A stretch of 64,000 nucleotides of DNA, from NCBI GenBank assembly GCA_008273105.1, contig GCA_008273105.1_4080.1. One strand, given 5' to 3'. Below the pieces are notes generated by a model. That model had not been told where the DNA came from. It ran no database searches and was given only the letters and a program-made list of their open reading frames with translations. The position numbers were made by a program, and so were the translations under genes. Positions 1-8,184 of this stretch are shown here, one piece after another. Source of the stretch: a phage. How positions within the stretch are numbered: position 1 is the first letter of the stretch; every line of letters begins with the position of its first letter.

Positions 1-332
1 GCACCAATCGAAATAGTAGTATTTCTATCAGATAAATTAATATTAAAAACAGCATTGCCCGACAGTGGATTAATTAAAATATTATTAGAACTTAATACAT
101 TATATAACTTATTACTTGCACTATCATATAATGTTACCCATTCTGTTTCATGATTCTCGTTAGTAGCTTTAGCTTTTATCTTAACATTATTTTCAGAATC
201 AGTCATTCCAGTCCATCCAGATATAATAAAAGAACTGTTTTTATTAGTTCCGAATGATGCAATCACAGAATCACTAAGAGAACTATCTTCACCATCAATA
301 GATCCGAGTACTGACAATGTTAAAACCATCAT
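1..332 (-). CDS. partial CDS (3' end beyond window start); N/S/T-rich protein of unknown function
   Basis: Minus-strand frame open from a tandem ATG-ATG near 332-327 down to position 1 (MMVLTLSVLGSIDGEDSS...); not in ORF track because truncated; weak RBS, start uncertain. Confidence 0.3.
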   Translation of the reverse strand, partial: MMVLTLSVLGSIDGEDSSLSDSVIASFGTNKNSSFIISGWTGMTDSENNVKIKAKATNENHETEWVTLYDSASNKLYNVLSSNNILINPLSGNAVFNINLSDRNTTISIG

Positions 333-500
333 TTTTAATGTCTACACCAGTTGCACCTGAAAAATTATTTTGAAATTTAATAACTCCGGTAGTGTGGATA
401 TCTGTGAAAATTTGTTGTGCCATACTTAATCCTTGTGTTAATTTATATTGAGTATTTATTGAGTGTAATGGCATTTTTAGTACCATTACACTTGTATATG

Positions 501-2771
501 TTACTTATACCATTGCATTTCTCTAATATCAATGATAATTTTTGATGCTAACTTGATGTTTGGTTTTTTAGGAAGTACTGATTTCTTATATAGAACATCA
601 CGAATGTATTGTACTTTATCATCGAAATATTCTAAGACTTCTTCATACTTCCATTTACCATTACGAATATCCATCAACATTTGTGCATCTGGTCGTTTAA
701 CTTGAATAATTCCACTTTGTAATGCTTCTTCTGCACTATTCAAAAGTCGGATTGTGTGCATAGCATGTTTACAGTTTCCATGTAATGCAGTTTTACCATT
801 TCTACGAGTAACCAGTGTACCGTTCGGAACTGAAAAACAAACAGTTCTGTAGTTAGTTACTGGAATTTTTTCAAGATTTTGTTTCATGTTTATTTTTTCT
901 GATTTAGGTTTCATATTGATATGAACTTGATACATTTCAATATAACCAAAATTAGTTTCGTTTGTGTATGGTCCCCATTTCGATGTTTCATAACCGCACA
1001 GTAATGCTAGTTTTTGAACATCATCAGCTAATAATGAATTAGCAGTATAATATACATATGTGTCATCATGATTGACCAAATTACGTTTTGTACCATCACC
1101 TTGCAACAAACCTTTTAGCAGAAAATCCATTTTTCGTTTTGTTAAATCAAATGCCCAATTTGGAATTCTTTTATTATATGATCCATGCCCACAATCATTA
1201 TATAATGCTTCAGCCACTTCACGTGGAAATACAAATCTTGATTCATCATTTGATTGGTAATCTTTTCTTTCGTTAATGTATTCCTGAAATATCATTTGTC
1301 CAGATTGTTTGTATTTTGATAAAGCACAACGCATACCAGGACTGGCTTTTGATTGTGAAATGTATAATGATTTTACTTTTCCATCTCTAAAACTTATACT
1401 ACCATCTGAAAGAAACCATCCCATCAGTTGAAGATAAACTTTGATATCCATATAGTCAATTGGGCTTTTTTTATCTTTATATTCCTTTGTTATTGGAGAT
1501 AATGTATTCAAAATTTTATAAGTTTCTTTTAATTGTGCTGCTTCAACAAATTGCCATTCTGACATATCTTTTTGCTGATTACGTGCATAATTCTTAACAT
1601 ACATTCTGTGATTTGCAGTCACTAACGTATCTTGGTGATGACCAGTGAAATGGTAAAGATTTCCATTGTATAAATTATCAAAACGTTCTGTGTATTTTTG
1701 ATACTCTATTTTGTGATTTTTATCAAAAGTCGCTAATAGATCTTTATCAGTGATGTCGTCAAATAATTTCCAACCATCTTTAGTTAAGAATTCAGTATCA
1801 AAACTATAACAGTCGTATCCGTGTTGTGATTCTAAAATAGCACGTTTGGCATTACGATTTTCTTTCCATTTATGATAACTTTTCCTATTCTCACTATTTT
1901 CCTGATATTCTTTTTCGTTAAATTTGACAATTAGTTCTGGTTTAGTTTTCAACTCTTCAGTACTACGCTCTTTAGAAAAATAACGCAATGATCCATCACC
2001 GTTGATAGTGCTTTCATTCGGATTTTTAATAATCGCAAAAATGTTTTCTCCGTAATGAATTAGTTCATAACCATTATTAAAATTCAATAAATTGAAATCA
2101 CGATCAAGAATTTTTTCAGTAGTGTAGTTATGCACTAATCTTACAAAATGATATTGCTTTAATGGATTTTTCGAAACTAACTGCAATGACGTATCACGCA
2201 TATATTTTTCAAAATCAATCTTTTTAGCATTAAATGGATGTAAGTTGGATGTATCTAAACGTTCAACAAGATACTGTGGGAATGAATCATACATCCACGC
2301 AAGAACCTCATCGACAGGGTGTTCTTCTAAAATCTCATTTAATCGTTTTTCAGCAATACGCTCTTTATCCATCCAACCGTGATGATTTGTCATACGCTTA
2401 ATCTGATTATATGCATATCCAGTGTATGAAAATGCAATCTTGGAACTAAGAAGTTTTTGGTTAAATGAACGAAGATAGTCATAAATCTCAGTACTTTCTA
2501 CAATGTGTTCTGGATCGACCCATAGTGATTCCAATATATTAGGGTTGGCTTCAGTGTATAATTTTAAATACTGATTTAACTCATAGAATTTAGTATCTTC
2601 TTCATTTTTATCAGCTACTTCTTTGACCTTATAGAATGGCGTAAGAATAAATTCTTTATTAGCAAGAAAAATACCACGATAATCAGTATCACTTTCAGGT
2701 GTACTGGTTCCGTAGGCTTGTGACCCAGCCAAGTGTTTCACTATTGTTTGTTCAACATATTGGTTATTCAT
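501..2771 (-). CDS. Pol-beta-superfamily nucleotidyltransferase (RNA-repair-associated type) interrupted by an in-frame intein
   Basis: N-terminal LAGSQAYGTSTPESDTD matches the G-S-x-x-Y-G...S-D-x-D signature of minimal nucleotidyltransferases; residues 321-666 carry intein-like blocks; ATG at 2769-2771 verified by reverse-complement translation. Confidence 0.6.
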   Translation of the reverse strand: MNNQYVEQTIVKHLAGSQAYGTSTPESDTDYRGIFLANKEFILTPFYKVKEVADKNEEDTKFYELNQYLKLYTEANPNILESLWVDPEHIVESTEIYDYLRSFNQKLLSSKIAFSYTGYAYNQIKRMTNHHGWMDKERIAEKRLNEILEEHPVDEVLAWMYDSFPQYLVERLDTSNLHPFNAKKIDFEKYMRDTSLQLVSKNPLKQYHFVRLVHNYTTEKILDRDFNLLNFNNGYELIHYGENIFAIIKNPNESTINGDGSLRYFSKERSTEELKTKPELIVKFNEKEYQENSENRKSYHKWKENRNAKRAILESQHGYDCYSFDTEFLTKDGWKLFDDITDKDLLATFDKNHKIEYQKYTERFDNLYNGNLYHFTGHHQDTLVTANHRMYVKNYARNQQKDMSEWQFVEAAQLKETYKILNTLSPITKEYKDKKSPIDYMDIKVYLQLMGWFLSDGSISFRDGKVKSLYISQSKASPGMRCALSKYKQSGQMIFQEYINERKDYQSNDESRFVFPREVAEALYNDCGHGSYNKRIPNWAFDLTKRKMDFLLKGLLQGDGTKRNLVNHDDTYVYYTANSLLADDVQKLALLCGYETSKWGPYTNETNFGYIEMYQVHINMKPKSEKINMKQNLEKIPVTNYRTVCFSVPNGTLVTRRNGKTALHGNCKHAMHTIRLLNSAEEALQSGIIQVKRPDAQMLMDIRNGKWKYEEVLEYFDDKVQYIRDVLYKKSVLPKKPNIKLASKIIIDIREMQWYK
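774..1811 (-). mobile_element. intein with LAGLIDADG homing-endonuclease domain (about 346 aa), in frame within the nucleotidyltransferase CDS
   Basis: Begins with Cys (CYSFDTEFLTKDGW, block A-like), LVTANH resembles block B TxxH, two LAGLIDADG-like motifs (LMGWFLSDGSI and LLKGLLQGDGTK), ends ...ALHGN followed by Cys+1 (CKHAM); penultimate residue is Gly rather than the usual His. Confidence 0.5.
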
Positions 2772-3169
2772 AGATAAATTGTTAACTCCTTTAAGAAACC
2801 GTTATAATAACGATTAAAGTCATGTTCTAATGTTTTATAATCATCAAAACTAAAACCTAAATTGATAATTGTATCTTCTTGAAAGAAAGTTTCTTCATTC
2901 ATACATTCAATTGGTTCGTAATTAATTCCACCTTTAAAAACTTTTGTAAAAAATATTCCATCATTATTAATTTCAACATACATAAAATTATTTTCTGGGT
3001 CACGAGGGCAGACGATATTCAGTGAACTATTTCCACTCGTGTTGTACTCATAAGAAATTATATCAAAAGAATCAATACCATAACACTTAGATTTTTCTTT
3101 ATCACCAAATACTTTTCTATCTGTACTCATATTGCGTATAGTGCTGTAGATATCATCAACTGTAGTCAT
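2768..3169 (-). CDS. hypothetical protein (133 aa)
   Basis: Track ORF in same-strand dense array; start overlaps upstream stop; no recognisable motif. Confidence 0.45.
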   Translation of the reverse strand: MTTVDDIYSTIRNMSTDRKVFGDKEKSKCYGIDSFDIISYEYNTSGNSSLNIVCPRDPENNFMYVEINNDGIFFTKVFKGGINYEPIECMNEETFFQEDTIINLGFSFDDYKTLEHDFNRYYNGFLKELTIYL

Positions 3170-3171
3170 CG

Positions 3172-3681
3172 TTAACCACCATACTTTGACTTGTATGTTT
3201 CAAGTGATAAAGAAATACGATTTTGCTTTTTAATTCTTTCATCAATATCCTTTGAATTCTTCACACTTCGGTATACGTCAGCTAGTAAATTATAATCTTC
3301 TTTATTTGAGCTATGCTGTGCCCAACCTATCTCTGTTTTAATACGAACATTTGCTTTATTTGACGAGTAAAAGAAACTGAATCCATTGGACCCATCAAAA
3401 ATATCAAAAGTATCTACCCAATCACCATAAGGAAAGCTCATTGGAACTGACTCATGGTCTATTGTGATATCCGATAAATTTTTTGAACAGTACTTCGCAA
3501 AGTGATAAACGATTGGATCACATTTTGATAATTCGTATTTGTATTCAATGATAGTTTTTCTATTAGCATCATTGATAGCATATTCTTTTATCAATGGACT
3601 TTTTTTGATGATAAGAGTCCATAGAAACGATTCTAATCCTGTTTCATCAACTTTTTGTTTCTTTTTGAAAAATGAAATCAT
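3172..3681 (-). CDS. hypothetical protein, paralog family A member (169 aa)
   Basis: Shares N-terminal pattern (I/L)-x-K-S-P/Y-x-L-K ... D-x-N/D-R-K/R ... Y-x-L-S-K with the two adjacent ORFs. Confidence 0.5.
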   Translation of the reverse strand: MISFFKKKQKVDETGLESFLWTLIIKKSPLIKEYAINDANRKTIIEYKYELSKCDPIVYHFAKYCSKNLSDITIDHESVPMSFPYGDWVDTFDIFDGSNGFSFFYSSNKANVRIKTEIGWAQHSSNKEDYNLLADVYRSVKNSKDIDERIKKQNRISLSLETYKSKYGG

Positions 3682-4199
3682 TTATATAAACCCTTAATTT
3701 TCTGTCTATTATGTATATCATTTTGCTGGATTTTCAATTTAGTAAGGTTGTTTCTTACACCTTCAACACCACGCATTATTTGTAACATAATTAGTGATTC
3801 GTCATATGTTAGGACATTGCTATTATTATCGATATATACTTTCACTCCACTTTCAAGATAATCATTTTCTTTGGAGTTAAAGTTTCTAATAACAAACTTA
3901 ACGCCATTTGATGCATCACTGAAAACATATCGTTCCGCACCGTAGAATGTTTTTCCACGAAATAAACCGCCGTCTTCCCACTTCCAACGACTAGATTCAT
4001 AATCATTAACGTAATCAATGATTAAAGAAAGTAAAGGGTGTTTGCTCAATTTATATTTTGCATCTAACAGGATACGTCTATCATTATCTGTGGTGATAAT
4101 ATCCTTTAGTGAGTAGCTTTTAGATATAATTTTAAAGATAATTTCATGCCAAATTAAAGTACTGTTTTGTTTTCCAACTGATCCAAAAAACATATCCAT
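3678..4199 (-). CDS. hypothetical protein, paralog family A member (173 aa)
   Basis: IISKSYSLKDIITTDNDRRILLDAKYKLSK aligns with neighbours LCKSPSLKAEFKTDDDRKALIEMKYMLSK and IIKKSPLIKEYAINDANRKTIIEYKYELSK. Confidence 0.5.
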   Translation of the reverse strand: MDMFFGSVGKQNSTLIWHEIIFKIISKSYSLKDIITTDNDRRILLDAKYKLSKHPLLSLIIDYVNDYESSRWKWEDGGLFRGKTFYGAERYVFSDASNGVKFVIRNFNSKENDYLESGVKVYIDNNSNVLTYDESLIMLQIMRGVEGVRNNLTKLKIQQNDIHNRQKIKGLYK

Positions 4200-4205
4200 T
4201 CCTCA

Positions 4206-4772
4206 TTAGTATAAATCAGTAATGTCTTTGTATGCATTAATCTGTTTTTGTTGTAATGAAAGTTCATTGAGTTTAGTTACCATCTTATCTACACCAACAC
4301 GTGTATAGAAAATAATTAATGAATCTAAATTGCCTAGAGTAATTCTTGAACTGTAAGTTGAAAGTTTTCTTGCATAAACATAAATTTCTTCTTCACTTGG
4401 TAAACGTTTCTCAATCTGCAAGATTTCCTCACCATTCGGCTCATAATCGATTTCAAATTCAACTCCCATCACTGTGTCTTGAATGCGATCTGTATATGAA
4501 CCACCGTAAAAATACTCTCTTGGTTTGGCTCTCCAACGAGGACTAAATGGGTCAGATGCGTATTCTTTTACAAATTTGTAAAAGGACATTTTACTGAGCA
4601 TATACTTCATCTCAATTAGTGCTTTGCGGTCATCATCAGTTTTAAACTCTGCTTTGAGCGATGGACTTTTACACAGTAACTTAACTAAATTGTTGTACAT
4701 CTTTAATGTACGTTGTTCTTTCATTTCTTTGATTTTGTGACGTTTTGGTGGCGGTAATAAAGATTTGACCAT
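4206..4772 (-). CDS. hypothetical protein, paralog family A member (188 aa)
   Basis: Same conserved N-terminal block as 3172..3681 and 3678..4199; first gene after the tail-fibre terminator. Confidence 0.5.
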   Translation of the reverse strand: MVKSLLPPPKRHKIKEMKEQRTLKMYNNLVKLLCKSPSLKAEFKTDDDRKALIEMKYMLSKMSFYKFVKEYASDPFSPRWRAKPREYFYGGSYTDRIQDTVMGVEFEIDYEPNGEEILQIEKRLPSEEEIYVYARKLSTYSSRITLGNLDSLIIFYTRVGVDKMVTKLNELSLQQKQINAYKDITDLY

Positions 4773-4804
4773 AATTTCCTCCTATTTTTATTCAATTATA
4801 CACA

Positions 4805-4835
4805 TAAAAGAAAAGCCCGTCAATAGACGAGCTTT
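4805..4835 (-). terminator. rho-independent terminator after tail-fibre-like gene
   Basis: Minus-strand hairpin (agcccgtc/gacgagct, one mismatch) followed by T-run, immediately 3' of the stop at 4840. Confidence 0.45.
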
Positions 4836-4839
4836 AAAT

Positions 4840-7569
4840 TTATTTCCAACGTGTACCTGGACCTGATGGTACACCAGTACTGGCAGGTATCGCTGAACCA
4901 CGTTTCGTTGTACTTGGACGATATGTCAAAAAACGAGTTACTTTTTCTGTATCAATTGAAGTTATTCCTGAAGTTCCAGTAACTATCTTACCAATGTAAG
5001 TGCTAGTTAAAGATTCATCAATTGTTTCAGTACTAATAACATATGACGCTTTCTTAGTATTCCTGTTCATTTGTATATACAAATAGAACGTAGTATTAGC
5101 TGGATTACTTTTTACAGTACTTAAATCAACACTTTGTATAGGTAGTCTGTCGAAAATTCCACCTAAAAACACCGGAACTTCACGTGTAAAGTACACTGAG
5201 AATCCTTGTGCAACGTCTTGTGATACTACCACAATCTTTTCTTTAACGCTACCATTTCCACTAATTAAACCATCCATTTCAGCAGATGTTGTACCAAAAA
5301 CGCTGAATACAGATTTGGTTTGATAGTCAGAATCTTGAAAATTGTAATATCCAAAACCAACACCAGGAATAACACCATGTTGATATGCTGCACCAAGTTG
5401 GATGTAACTAGATGATAAAAAACGATTTGATGTTATGACACCATCTACTGTTTTAGCTATCATCATCTTAAATTGTGCATTACCTGGTTGTGAAAATTGA
5501 TGAACGGCATCAACACCAATGTAACCAAATCCTGAATATTTTGCAACAGTTAGACCAGTACAACGTTTCATATATGCTTCAGTAATAATTCCTGTAACAG
5601 AACTCAGTGTTTCATATCTAGTACTCACCAATGTAGCTGAAGTTATGTTAGTTCCAGATAATACAACATCAACTTCGGCATAGATTGCATAACCTTGGTT
5701 ATTGTTAAGATTATATGCTGAAACTACTGCGATGGATTTAGAAAAAGTATTATCAGGTACATAATATAATACAATTTGTCCAGATAGTGTACCAACAATG
5801 CCAGAGTTTCCTATATTAGCAAAAATATCTTGTTTTAATGATTCTAATACCGTTGGTTCTATTGTATATGTTTCATCAAATTCTAAAGTATCTGGATTTA
5901 ATAATCCACCACTTGTTTTATATACACCTTCAATGAATGATGTTCCATAGCATCTAACACTACCATCGGTATCAACAAGAGAAATCATAGCAGTGTATGT
6001 AAAATCATCGCCTATTTGTTTACGATTAGATTGTGGTGCAAAACCATTTAATGTAGTATTATTTTGAACTGAGTTATATTGATATGTTGGTTGTGAACCT
6101 ATTTCAGAAAAAACAGTATTATTATAATTATATGTTACATCATCATACGTACCAGAACATGCTAATAATATTTTTCTATTATCGATGAAACGTACACCTA
6201 AAAGGTTTGCACCAACAGCACTACCAAAAACTGGTAAAACGTTTGCATTTATAACGTTACTTGCGGTTCTAGTACTGGCAACCCATGAATCAAACGGTGT
6301 ACCACTAACCTTATATCGTTGTAGACCATAAAATTCAGTTGAACTCCATCTAAATTTAGATGCAAATACCAAACCATCTTTAGTTTGACATAAACCACCT
6401 GCGTTTCCTAATACACCAGCAGCAGTTGTCCCTGTGAAGTTGACCATATTAATTTCAAATGGGTTAGAAACTTGAAATCCATTATTATATGAAACAGTTG
6501 CAGGTGCACGAGCACTACCATCTAGTGACATAGATTTTGAGTTTATATTATAAACAAAACTTATTCCAGTACCATAAACTGTTGAAATATACAAAGGTGT
6601 AACCATTCGATGTGTTGGATATAAAGTTACACGTATTTTTGATAAATCAGGACTAACGTTGGCTTGAATGTTAAAGTCTGTATAGTCTGAAAATTCTACA
6701 CGTGATACTGGTGATGTAACTTCGAATAATGAATCCGAGCTAGTACCAACACTATATAATTTATCGAACACTCTTATGTTATTAGATGCAGAATAACTTG
6801 TGTTTCGAACAGTTTGACCTGATAACCCAGTAACTTTTGTTAATGATGCCATTGAGCTTGCTTTCACATCACTTAGCTCTACTGTATAAATTGAAAGTGC
6901 TAATCCTAAATTAGAAACACTTTTATCTTTACACCAAATATAAACCTTTGTCCCAACAATATGTGTATATATTGGCATATCATTACCAAAAGAAGTACTT
7001 GGCACTTTAGCATGAATATGTGATATTTCGTTAAATGTGCCATTGGTTATAGTAAAAATATAATTATCTTCAGTACTTAAACATCCAAGCATCTCATAAC
7101 CATTAGAGCCAATAAAATACTTAATATTTTCAGTACTACTCATAATTGAAGGTTTATACATTGAATTGGTTGAAATAACACTTTCTTGTGAAATCATAGT
7201 TATATTTCGGAGATCTCGTATAAATGAATAATAAAAACCTTTAGTACTACCATTGGTTCCGCTACGCAGAACAACGGCGGTTCCATCATCTTCAATAATT
7301 GTTGGCTGAACTACTTGGTCACTTGACATAGGTGTAGCACCTTCATACGATCCACTTACGTTTAATGGTAAGTAATCCATTTCTCCTACACGTGATATAG
7401 GCAACATATCTAAAATACTTTGAACTTCTGAACGCTTATATATTGGATATTGAACAATTCCAGTATTGGCATTCGGTGAGGTTCCATTAAAAGTACGCAT
7501 AGCGTACCTTTGTCCAATTGCCAAGTTCCCAAGGATCTCGGCACTTCCTATAATTCGTTTTGATGACAT
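4840..7569 (-). CDS. tail-fibre-like large structural protein (about 909 aa from adjusted start)
   Basis: N/S/T/G-rich; N-terminal LPISRVGEMDYLPLNVSGSYEG and LRSGTNGS blocks shared with the 8185..10881 protein; conserved C-terminal tail ending GTRWK; track ORF extends to 7659 but ATG at 7569 has an AAGGA RBS and avoids overlap with the upstream gene. Confidence 0.6.
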   Translation of the reverse strand: MSSKRIIGSAEILGNLAIGQRYAMRTFNGTSPNANTGIVQYPIYKRSEVQSILDMLPISRVGEMDYLPLNVSGSYEGATPMSSDQVVQPTIIEDDGTAVVLRSGTNGSTKGFYYSFIRDLRNITMISQESVISTNSMYKPSIMSSTENIKYFIGSNGYEMLGCLSTEDNYIFTITNGTFNEISHIHAKVPSTSFGNDMPIYTHIVGTKVYIWCKDKSVSNLGLALSIYTVELSDVKASSMASLTKVTGLSGQTVRNTSYSASNNIRVFDKLYSVGTSSDSLFEVTSPVSRVEFSDYTDFNIQANVSPDLSKIRVTLYPTHRMVTPLYISTVYGTGISFVYNINSKSMSLDGSARAPATVSYNNGFQVSNPFEINMVNFTGTTAAGVLGNAGGLCQTKDGLVFASKFRWSSTEFYGLQRYKVSGTPFDSWVASTRTASNVINANVLPVFGSAVGANLLGVRFIDNRKILLACSGTYDDVTYNYNNTVFSEIGSQPTYQYNSVQNNTTLNGFAPQSNRKQIGDDFTYTAMISLVDTDGSVRCYGTSFIEGVYKTSGGLLNPDTLEFDETYTIEPTVLESLKQDIFANIGNSGIVGTLSGQIVLYYVPDNTFSKSIAVVSAYNLNNNQGYAIYAEVDVVLSGTNITSATLVSTRYETLSSVTGIITEAYMKRCTGLTVAKYSGFGYIGVDAVHQFSQPGNAQFKMMIAKTVDGVITSNRFLSSSYIQLGAAYQHGVIPGVGFGYYNFQDSDYQTKSVFSVFGTTSAEMDGLISGNGSVKEKIVVVSQDVAQGFSVYFTREVPVFLGGIFDRLPIQSVDLSTVKSNPANTTFYLYIQMNRNTKKASYVISTETIDESLTSTYIGKIVTGTSGITSIDTEKVTRFLTYRPSTTKRGSAIPASTGVPSGPGTRWK

Positions 7570-7585
7570 CTTTATTTTCCTTAAT

Positions 7586-8173
7586 TTACCAACCAATTGT
7601 ACCAGTTTCTGATGGTTTTCCAGTACTGACTGGGAATGAAGAACCTTTTTGTGTAACACTAGGTCTATATGTACTAAATCTGGATACTTTATTAATGTTT
7701 ATATTTGTAATACCACTTGTACCAACGGTCAGTGTTCCAATAAACATTATAATTTCAGATTCTTGTATTTGTGTTGGTGATATTTTATAAATTGGTTCAC
7801 CGAGAACTAACGTTGCATATACGTATTGTGTTTGTGTTCCAGATGAAACAGTTGAAGCAAAAATAGAAACTGCTGGAAATTTATAAAGATAACCACCAAT
7901 AAATGATGGTATCTGTCTATTAAATGTAAGACTATAGCCTGATGAAGTAATATTTAGACTAGCGTCATCATACAATTCTCCGTATTGTGTAAGTGGTAAT
8001 CCATTGACAATAAAGTTAACTTCATCTTTGGTAATAGAGGGGAATGTACATTCCCCATTTGAATTTGTTGGGTAATAAGTCATATTATTACCTAATACAC
8101 CAAGACCAGTACTTTTACCCTGAACTGTAACTTGTTGCATTGCCTTAAGGTCTGCTCTTATTTTATATGCCAT
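7586..8173 (-). CDS. small tail-fibre-associated protein sharing the C-terminal module (195 aa)
   Basis: C-terminus SGITNININKVSRFSTYRPSVTQKGSSFPVSTGKPSETGTIGW parallels the C-termini of both flanking large proteins. Confidence 0.5.
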   Translation of the reverse strand: MAYKIRADLKAMQQVTVQGKSTGLGVLGNNMTYYPTNSNGECTFPSITKDEVNFIVNGLPLTQYGELYDDASLNITSSGYSLTFNRQIPSFIGGYLYKFPAVSIFASTVSSGTQTQYVYATLVLGEPIYKISPTQIQESEIIMFIGTLTVGTSGITNININKVSRFSTYRPSVTQKGSSFPVSTGKPSETGTIGW

Positions 8174-8184
8174 TATGTAATCCT

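Noticed and set aside
295-486. 63-aa minus-strand track ORF
   Set aside because: Overlaps in a different frame the longer truncated ORF running from about 332 to position 1; no RBS; likely spurious.
1072-1276. Two 62-aa plus-strand ORFs inside the nucleotidyltransferase/intein gene
   Set aside because: Antisense to a well-supported long CDS; low-complexity translations. The same reasoning applies to other plus-strand track ORFs embedded in minus-strand genes (for example 4346..4546, 7560..7790, 8290..8487, 13148..13336, 19699..19965, 29655..29912, 30155..30481, 43282..43521).
7570-7659. N-terminal 30 residues of the track ORF 4840..7659
   Set aside because: This extension overlaps the 3' end of the upstream 195-aa gene; the internal ATG at 7569 with an AAGGA RBS is the more plausible start.
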